The translations under genes were made by a program, and so were the position numbers. Positions 58,352-64,000 of a stretch of DNA of 64,000 nt are shown here, in pieces. Below the pieces are notes generated by a model. That model saw only the letters and a program-made list of their open reading frames with translations. It had not been told where the DNA came from and did not search any database. Each line of letters opens with the position of its first letter. The stretch's first letter is position 1. The stretch lies in contig CANTCQ010000007.1 in NCBI GenBank assembly GCA_947652325.1, forward strand, positions 3,160 to 67,159, read 5' to 3'. This DNA comes from an uncultured Mycoplasmatota bacterium (GTDB lineage Bacteria > Bacillota_I > Bacilli_A > RF39 > UBA660).

Positions 58352-59209
58352 ATGAAAAAAATTTATTTAAACGAACAAGAAATTTTAAAATATCCTTTGT
58401 ATACTAAAAATAAAACAAATGAAGCTGAAGTACGAATATTTAGTTCAACAGAACTGATGAAGATTTTTCATTTTTATAGTCAAAACAAAGTAGATACTTT
58501 GTATTTACTTAATAAGTATCAGAATGATTTAGCTTTGGTTTCTGAATTTATTCTCTTTAAAAAATATATATACAATAAAAAGGATTTGTTACAAGGAATA
58601 CTTATAAATAAAGGTTATAAAATAAATTTACGAACACTTCTACAGGAGGGGTACAACTTTTCTTTTAATGATTTAATAGTTACTTTACAAAATGTAGGGA
58701 AAGTATTAGAAAAATTAAAATATATTCGTAATCATGAAAATAAATTAACTACTTTTTTTATTGGCGATTTGCAAGAGAGTAATATTTTGGTGGATATCCA
58801 AACAAAAAAGATTCAAATTATCGATTTAGATAGTTGCAAAATTGAGAATAATCGTGCTTTTGCTGCTAAATATTTAGAGTTTTTAAAAACATATTTTTAT
58901 GTAAGAGAAAATTTACAAGAAAAATATCCTTGGGATGGTTATCATTTTTCGAATAATGAAAATACAGACCTTTATTGCTATACTATGATAATTTTGAGAT
59001 TTTTATTTGGTGTGGATATAATGTTACTCGATTTAAATGCTTTTTATAACAAAATGTATGATTTAAAACAAGATGGTCTTCCAGATAGCCTGTATCAAAT
59101 TTTTATAAACCTTTATAACCATGTACCTAATCAAAATCCTTATCGGCTTTTGGATTTTATCCCCTCTTCTTTTGAAAGAAAAAGAGATTTGCATACACAA
59201 AAACAGTAA
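58352..59209 (+). CDS. Protein kinase-like fold protein (APH/CotS-type phosphotransferase-like), tentative.
   Basis: FFIGDLQESNILVD resembles the catalytic loop HGDLHxxNIL, and IQIIDLDS resembles the DFG/IDxD metal-binding motif. 285 aa, next to cotE. Confidence 0.4.
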   Translation: MKKIYLNEQEILKYPLYTKNKTNEAEVRIFSSTELMKIFHFYSQNKVDTLYLLNKYQNDLALVSEFILFKKYIYNKKDLLQGILINKGYKINLRTLLQEGYNFSFNDLIVTLQNVGKVLEKLKYIRNHENKLTTFFIGDLQESNILVDIQTKKIQIIDLDSCKIENNRAFAAKYLEFLKTYFYVRENLQEKYPWDGYHFSNNENTDLYCYTMIILRFLFGVDIMLLDLNAFYNKMYDLKQDGLPDSLYQIFINLYNHVPNQNPYRLLDFIPSSFERKRDLHTQKQ

Positions 59210-59228
59210 CAAAATTGTTACTGTTTTT

Positions 59229-61019
59229 TTATTCATACCAACTATTCTCAATATTGACGTTGCTACTTGCTGGCATTGGGTCTGGTAAATTTAATTTAGT
59301 TAATAATGGAACCCGAAAAGCTGTTCCAAAGACTAAAGCAGTCCCAGGTCTTAAGGTTTTTAATTTTTCAATATCTTGAGAGGTCAAATTACTAGAAATG
59401 GAAATTACTATATTTAAATCTTCTGGATGGAAAATACGATAGATTAAGAAGTTTGAACATTGTGATAAACAAGTTGTAGATAATTCACTTGGTCTTTGGG
59501 TAACAAAACCAAGTATTACCCCATATTTTCTTCCTTCTTTGGTAATTCTATCAAAAATGTTGTATCCAATTATATTGATATCGTTGTCATTTTGAACATA
59601 ACGATGTGCTTCTTCAATTATAATATGAATTGGAAAACTTGCTCTTTTTTCTAAAGATGTTGCAAAATCAAAAAACAATTTCATGTATAATTTAGTTAAA
59701 ATTTTAGCAAATCTTTCATCTACATAATTAAAATTCATATTTAAAAGTTGGACATATTCGACTTGATTTGTTAAAAACATACTTTTTACGAATTGCTCTT
59801 TTTTTATAAATTCACCTTTGTATTCAAAGTATTTTGATAGACCACTATTTAAAATAGAATGCATACGTACACGTAAATCGTTTGCTTTTTCATAAAGAGT
59901 AGCGTTATTTAGCATTCCTTCACTCATAAGTGCAAATTCTAAAGCATTGTATATATCTTCTAAGGTATAAGTAAGTTCTGTTTTCTCTATTTCAAAAGTT
60001 TCTATAGTTGTAAATGTATTTAAAAATTCAATAATGAATTGTAATGCTCCCATTTTTCCTTGTGAATCTATATTTAAGCATTGTTTTAAAGTTCTAGTAT
60101 ATCCTGGTTGCACGATAGCACTTTCTAAATTTAACTCTGGCGTATTAAATTTATTTAAAGTAGAAATAATTTGGTCACTTAATTGAGTAGAGGATTTTCC
60201 ACTTCCAATAATATCTAGCAAACTTTTGGCAATGATAGAATTTTTATATTTTATGGCTTTTTCTCCTGCTCCATGAAAAATAGCAACGTATTGTAAAGTT
60301 TTTTCCAAAATAGGAAGTAAAGTATGGTCATTTACATTAAGTAGAATAGCTAAATCATCTACTTCTAAAAAATAAGGAGGTATACTTACAATTTCGGATG
60401 ATACTTCATCTATATCTGTTTTAGTTGTATAGTATTTTACATTAATATTTGGAAAATTATTAATTTTCGTTAAGGCCGCATGGTATTCTCCATAAATATC
60501 AAATATTACTATATGCGCATTTTTAGGTATTTTGTTATTATAGTAAAATATATTTTGAATGAGACTTGCAACACCGCATGATTTACCGCAACCAGAATTT
60601 CCAATAATTGCAAAATGTTGATTAAAAAAGTCATTCATCTTTGCTGTTATTTTGTAGCCATCATATAAAGTGGATGCCCCTATTAAAAGATTTTCAGAGG
60701 ACATATACTCTTGGGAACCAATTATTAATTCTAATTCTTGTTTGTAAACAATTCGACAGTTACTTGTAATACTTGGATATTTCGTGGCCCCTGAGATAAA
60801 AGTATTTTCTTTTATTTCTCCAATTAATAAAATCGTAATTTCTTCTTCATTCATTCCAGAAATTTCTCCCACTATTTTAGGAGAAGTCGATGTACCTGTA
60901 TCTAATTCTTCAAACACTACATGAAAATTAATAACGTTTGCTTGAATCATTTTTGTTTTATTTTCTATTTTTACTACTTTTTCATCTATTTTTACAATTT
61001 TTCCAAACATACTAGTCAC
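59229..61019 (-). CDS. HerA/FtsK-superfamily (DUF87-like) P-loop ATPase, 596 aa.
   Basis: N-terminal beta-barrel-like region, Walker A GNSGCGKS, Walker B IIIEEAHRY and the VTQRPSE motif typical of HerA-like ATPases. No TM segments. Confidence 0.65.
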   Translation of the reverse strand: MTSMFGKIVKIDEKVVKIENKTKMIQANVINFHVVFEELDTGTSTSPKIVGEISGMNEEEITILLIGEIKENTFISGATKYPSITSNCRIVYKQELELIIGSQEYMSSENLLIGASTLYDGYKITAKMNDFFNQHFAIIGNSGCGKSCGVASLIQNIFYYNNKIPKNAHIVIFDIYGEYHAALTKINNFPNINVKYYTTKTDIDEVSSEIVSIPPYFLEVDDLAILLNVNDHTLLPILEKTLQYVAIFHGAGEKAIKYKNSIIAKSLLDIIGSGKSSTQLSDQIISTLNKFNTPELNLESAIVQPGYTRTLKQCLNIDSQGKMGALQFIIEFLNTFTTIETFEIEKTELTYTLEDIYNALEFALMSEGMLNNATLYEKANDLRVRMHSILNSGLSKYFEYKGEFIKKEQFVKSMFLTNQVEYVQLLNMNFNYVDERFAKILTKLYMKLFFDFATSLEKRASFPIHIIIEEAHRYVQNDNDINIIGYNIFDRITKEGRKYGVILGFVTQRPSELSTTCLSQCSNFLIYRIFHPEDLNIVISISSNLTSQDIEKLKTLRPGTALVFGTAFRVPLLTKLNLPDPMPASSNVNIENSWYE

Positions 61020-61117
61020 CCTATTCTTTTAATAGAATATCATAAAATTTTAGAAAATTAAATAGATAAAAAATCAACTTTATTTCTTTTACAAAAAAAA
61101 GAAGGTTGTTCCTCCTT

Positions 61118-61255
61118 TTAATATACGCCGTATCCGCTAAATCCTGCAAAGATTATTGCTAACAATATAAATAATACGATTATGATTAAAGCTGAACTTA
61201 TTCCTTGATTATTGTTATTGCAGCAATTGTCTTGATTTTTTTTACAGCAATTCAT
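61118..61255 (-). CDS. Tiny Cys-rich transmembrane protein (45 aa), YjcZ-like / tiny_TM_bacill family.
   Basis: RBS AAGGAGGTG 9 nt before ATG. MNCCKKNQDNCCNNNNQGISSALIIIVLFILLAIIFAGFSGYGVY: Cys-rich head, one TM helix, G/Y tail. Not in the ORF track (<60 aa). Confidence 0.7.
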   Translation of the reverse strand: MNCCKKNQDNCCNNNNQGISSALIIIVLFILLAIIFAGFSGYGVY

Positions 61256-61286
61256 TTAATTGGACACCTCCTTATATTTTTAAAGA

Positions 61287-61379
61287 CTAAATGAAAGCCC
61301 CTACAATGATAATGAGTAAGATAAATAATACAAGTATAATAGCTGGACCAAGTCCGTTATTGCAGCAACCATGATTCAT
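61287..61379 (-). CDS. Tiny Cys-rich transmembrane protein (30 aa), tandem paralogue.
   Basis: RBS AGGAGG 8 nt before ATG. MNHGCCNNGLGPAIILVLFILLIIIVGAFI. Confidence 0.7.
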   Translation of the reverse strand: MNHGCCNNGLGPAIILVLFILLIIIVGAFI

Positions 61380-61502
61380 AATTTCATTCCTCCTTTATTT
61401 GTCTTTTCATTTATATTGTATGGTAAGTTTTGTAGTTGGTGAGTGTTCTTCTTGTATTTTTTTTTTAAATTCGTTATAATAATTATTGTTTAGGAGGATT
61501 TT

Positions 61503-62513
61503 ATGAAGAAAAAAATAATTGTACTTGGTTTATGTAGTTTAATGATATGTGGATGCGGTAAAACAATACCGAAGCTGGAAAATGGAAGTGATGCAATCGT
61601 TAGTTTTTCCAATGGAGAAAAAATAAGCATTGATGATTTATACAATGATTTAAAAAATAACTATGCTTTGGAGTCTCTTATTAGTTTAGTCGATAAGAAA
61701 ATATTAGAAGATAAATATAAAGACAATTTAAGTAGTGCAACTGAATATGCAGATGCGACTATGAAATCTCTAGAAGAAAATTATGGAGAAGATTTACTTA
61801 GTGCCATTCAAAGTTATACTTCTTTTTCTACTGTAGAAGCCTATAAAAATTATGTTTATATTAGTTATTTACAAAATCAAGCTATTGAAGATTATGCTAA
61901 AAATCAAATACAGGAAAAAGAATTAAAAGAATATTACGAAAAAAGCATTTATGGAGATGTTTTGGTTCATCATATACTTGTGACACCTAATGTAAAAGAT
62001 GGAGCAACAGCAGAAGAAAAAACGGCTGCTGAAGAAGAAGCGAAAAACAAAATAAATACGGTTATTGCGAAATTAAAAGAAAGCGATAATATAAAAGATA
62101 CTTTTGCTTCTCTTGCTAAAGAATACTCCGAAGATACTTCTACAAAAGATGAAGGAGGTTCTCTTGGATATATTAATGATGGAACACTTTCAAGTAGCTA
62201 TGATGAAATTATAAAAAATGCTTTTAAGTTAAAAGATGGAGAATACTCAACTGAAATAATTACTACAGAACTAGGCTACCATGTTATTTATCGTGAAGCA
62301 TCAAAAGAAAAAGCAAAATTTGAAGATGTAGTAGATAGCATTCGTGAAACGTTAGGAAAAAAACTCTTAAGTGAAGATACCACAATTAATACAAAAGCAA
62401 TGCAAAATATTCGAAAAGAATATGGAATGGATATTATTGATAGCGAAGTACAAAATCAATATGCAAGATATATTCAAAATGCTCTTTCTCAAAAACAAAA
62501 TACAACTAACTAA
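61503..62513 (+). CDS. prsA: PrsA-like foldase lipoprotein (parvulin-type peptidyl-prolyl isomerase).
   Basis: Lipoprotein signal LGLCSLMICGC. Parvulin motifs VHHILV, GGSLGYI and ELGYHVIY. Confidence 0.8.
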   Translation: MKKKIIVLGLCSLMICGCGKTIPKLENGSDAIVSFSNGEKISIDDLYNDLKNNYALESLISLVDKKILEDKYKDNLSSATEYADATMKSLEENYGEDLLSAIQSYTSFSTVEAYKNYVYISYLQNQAIEDYAKNQIQEKELKEYYEKSIYGDVLVHHILVTPNVKDGATAEEKTAAEEEAKNKINTVIAKLKESDNIKDTFASLAKEYSEDTSTKDEGGSLGYINDGTLSSSYDEIIKNAFKLKDGEYSTEIITTELGYHVIYREASKEKAKFEDVVDSIRETLGKKLLSEDTTINTKAMQNIRKEYGMDIIDSEVQNQYARYIQNALSQKQNTTN

Positions 62514-62520
62514 AAAAATA

Positions 62521-63312
62521 TCATTTGATTGATATTTTTTTTATACCTTCTAAAACTTCTTCTATATCTTCATATAAAAATCCCTTATTTATAAGTCTTC
62601 CTTTAATTTGAAAAAACAATTCTTTTTCTTTATACTTCTTATTTAATTTATTATAAAGTTTTTCAGCTTCTTTTTCTAAAGCTTGATTATTTTTAGGAAT
62701 ATTTATCATTTCCAAAATACTTAAAATTTCTTCTTTATTAAATCCTTCCCTTATAAAAGTAAAAAGTATTTTTTCTTTTATTTTATTACTTCCCTCTTTT
62801 TTATTAGCTTTTGTTTTTTTTATAATGCTATGTTTTAATTTTTCATGCCAGATTTCATCGGGAATTTTTGCTAAATAGTCCTCTATTTTTTCTTCTGCAA
62901 ATTCTAAATCCATCAATTTTTTTTTAATTTTCTTAGGACCATTTGCTGTTAATTTTAGTTGGTCATTTACAAATGCTTCTATATAATTTTCTTCATTGAT
63001 AATATTTTTTTCTTCTAATTTTGTTATGGTATTTTCAATTTGTTGATAGTCAAAACCATTTCTTTTTAAATACTCTTTTATTTCTTTTTTCGCTCGATTT
63101 TTATTGGTTACATAATGGATCGCTTTGTAATAACAGTTTAGTTTTTCATTTTCTTTTTGTATTTCTATTAATTCTTTTTCTGTTATTTCTTTTTTTAAAA
63201 GTAAATTGTATTTTAAAATAATATCATCGTAAAGCGTAATCTCTTTTTGATTATCAATAAAATATATTTGATAACAATTGTTTTTTACTTTTTTATAATT
63301 TTTTATTTTCAT
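62521..63312 (-). CDS. recX: RecX regulatory protein.
   Basis: 263 aa of repeated three-helix RecX motifs (KKEI.EYLKRNGFD..., EAFVNDQLK...GPKKIKKKL). Confidence 0.7.
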   Translation of the reverse strand: MKIKNYKKVKNNCYQIYFIDNQKEITLYDDIILKYNLLLKKEITEKELIEIQKENEKLNCYYKAIHYVTNKNRAKKEIKEYLKRNGFDYQQIENTITKLEEKNIINEENYIEAFVNDQLKLTANGPKKIKKKLMDLEFAEEKIEDYLAKIPDEIWHEKLKHSIIKKTKANKKEGSNKIKEKILFTFIREGFNKEEILSILEMINIPKNNQALEKEAEKLYNKLNKKYKEKELFFQIKGRLINKGFLYEDIEEVLEGIKKISIK

Positions 63313-63374
63313 GTATTAATTATAACACCATTTTTTTTAAATTAAAAAAAAATTAATATTTTCATATTAATTTT

Positions 63375-63959
63375 TTATTTTTTTAATTGTTTTAAGTAGC
63401 CTTCTACCACTTCCATTTGTTCCAAAAGTTCATTTTTTTTATTATATGTTTCTTCTAATTGCCTTATACAATCTTCTAAAAAATATATCTTTGCTGTGTT
63501 ATTAGTATTTCTTATTTGTAGGTGTAACTGCTCTATTAAAAGTAAAGATTTGGTACAAACTTCCTTATCTTCTTTTTCCATTTCATTCACTATTGGTGCT
63601 ATTTCTTTTTGTCTATTTTTTTCAATTTGTCCAGTTTCAATTGCTTTTTTATTTTTATTTAATTCTTCAGATAATGCAATAGTTAAATCATATATTTTCT
63701 TTAATCTATTTTCTGTTTTATCTTCTATTTCCATTTTTAAATTGTTATATAAGTATTCTGTATAAGTATTTAAATCAAAACGAGGGCCTTGTATAACAAT
63801 TTCTTTTGCTTCTATCATTTTTTCGGCTTCATTTAAAATAAATTTTGCTTTTTTGCATAAATATTTTTCTACTGTTTTTGTATCCACATAATCAAAAATT
63901 TCATTATAAATACTTGCTAAACCAAAATTTTCTATTTCTACTAATCTTTTTAAAGACAC
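63375..63959 (-). CDS. Hypothetical coiled-coil protein (194 aa).
   Basis: ORF with charged heptad-rich sequence and no motifs. Confidence 0.4.
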   Translation of the reverse strand: MSLKRLVEIENFGLASIYNEIFDYVDTKTVEKYLCKKAKFILNEAEKMIEAKEIVIQGPRFDLNTYTEYLYNNLKMEIEDKTENRLKKIYDLTIALSEELNKNKKAIETGQIEKNRQKEIAPIVNEMEKEDKEVCTKSLLLIEQLHLQIRNTNNTAKIYFLEDCIRQLEETYNKKNELLEQMEVVEGYLKQLKK

Positions 63960-64000
63960 TGGTTTATTGTTTGTGTCATATTTTTGATTTTCTTTTAAAC

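Noticed and set aside
1-64000. Search for CRISPR arrays, IS elements, integrases and rRNA.
   Set aside because: No regularly spaced direct repeats, no transposase or integrase-like ORFs and no rRNA-like segments were seen in any frame.

Overview
This is AT-rich (~27-30% GC) chromosomal DNA from a low-GC, endospore-forming, apparently anaerobic Firmicute. The gene content is Bacillus/Clostridium-like. Most of the window is conserved housekeeping and sporulation loci: thrS with a T-box leader, clpB with a CIRCE element, fhs, ffh, ylxM, ftsY, rnjA, dnaB-dnaI, an [FeFe]-hydrogenase, tkt-sirA-yneF, lexA, lspA-rluD, nrdDG-dut, ftsA-ftsZ-spoIIGA-sigE-sigG, rseP-cdsA, hup-spoIVA, der, rpsP-KH, cotE, prsA and recX. 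There is one tRNA-Met and no CRISPR, rRNA or recognisable transposon or phage genes. Several accessory or unusual features are interleaved with this backbone. (1) A G10 homopolymer lies in the -35/-10 spacer of the promoter of an HTH-metallophosphoesterase gene, a candidate phase-variation switch. (2) The SOS slot next to lexA carries a non-canonical cargo: a tiny membrane protein, a MazG-like protein and a 449-aa unknown, in place of yneA-yneB-ynzC. (3) Two tandem, previously unlisted tiny Cys-rich transmembrane peptide genes (YjcZ-like) sit next to a HerA-like ATPase and a kinase-fold protein beside cotE. (4) A duplicated divergent XRE-regulator module with 20-bp direct-repeat operators flanks spoVIF, inserted between spoIVA and der. 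(5) A hybrid histidine kinase / Hpt-REC phosphorelay is paired with an AMP-ligase. (6) Two large surface proteins share a TasA/SipW-like N-terminal module; one is a BspA-type LRR protein with near-perfect 66-bp tandem repeats. There are also two orphan type IV pilin-like genes. Other oddities are a ClpB lacking its N-domain, an fhs without a canonical start codon, and a decayed TGS domain upstream of thrS.
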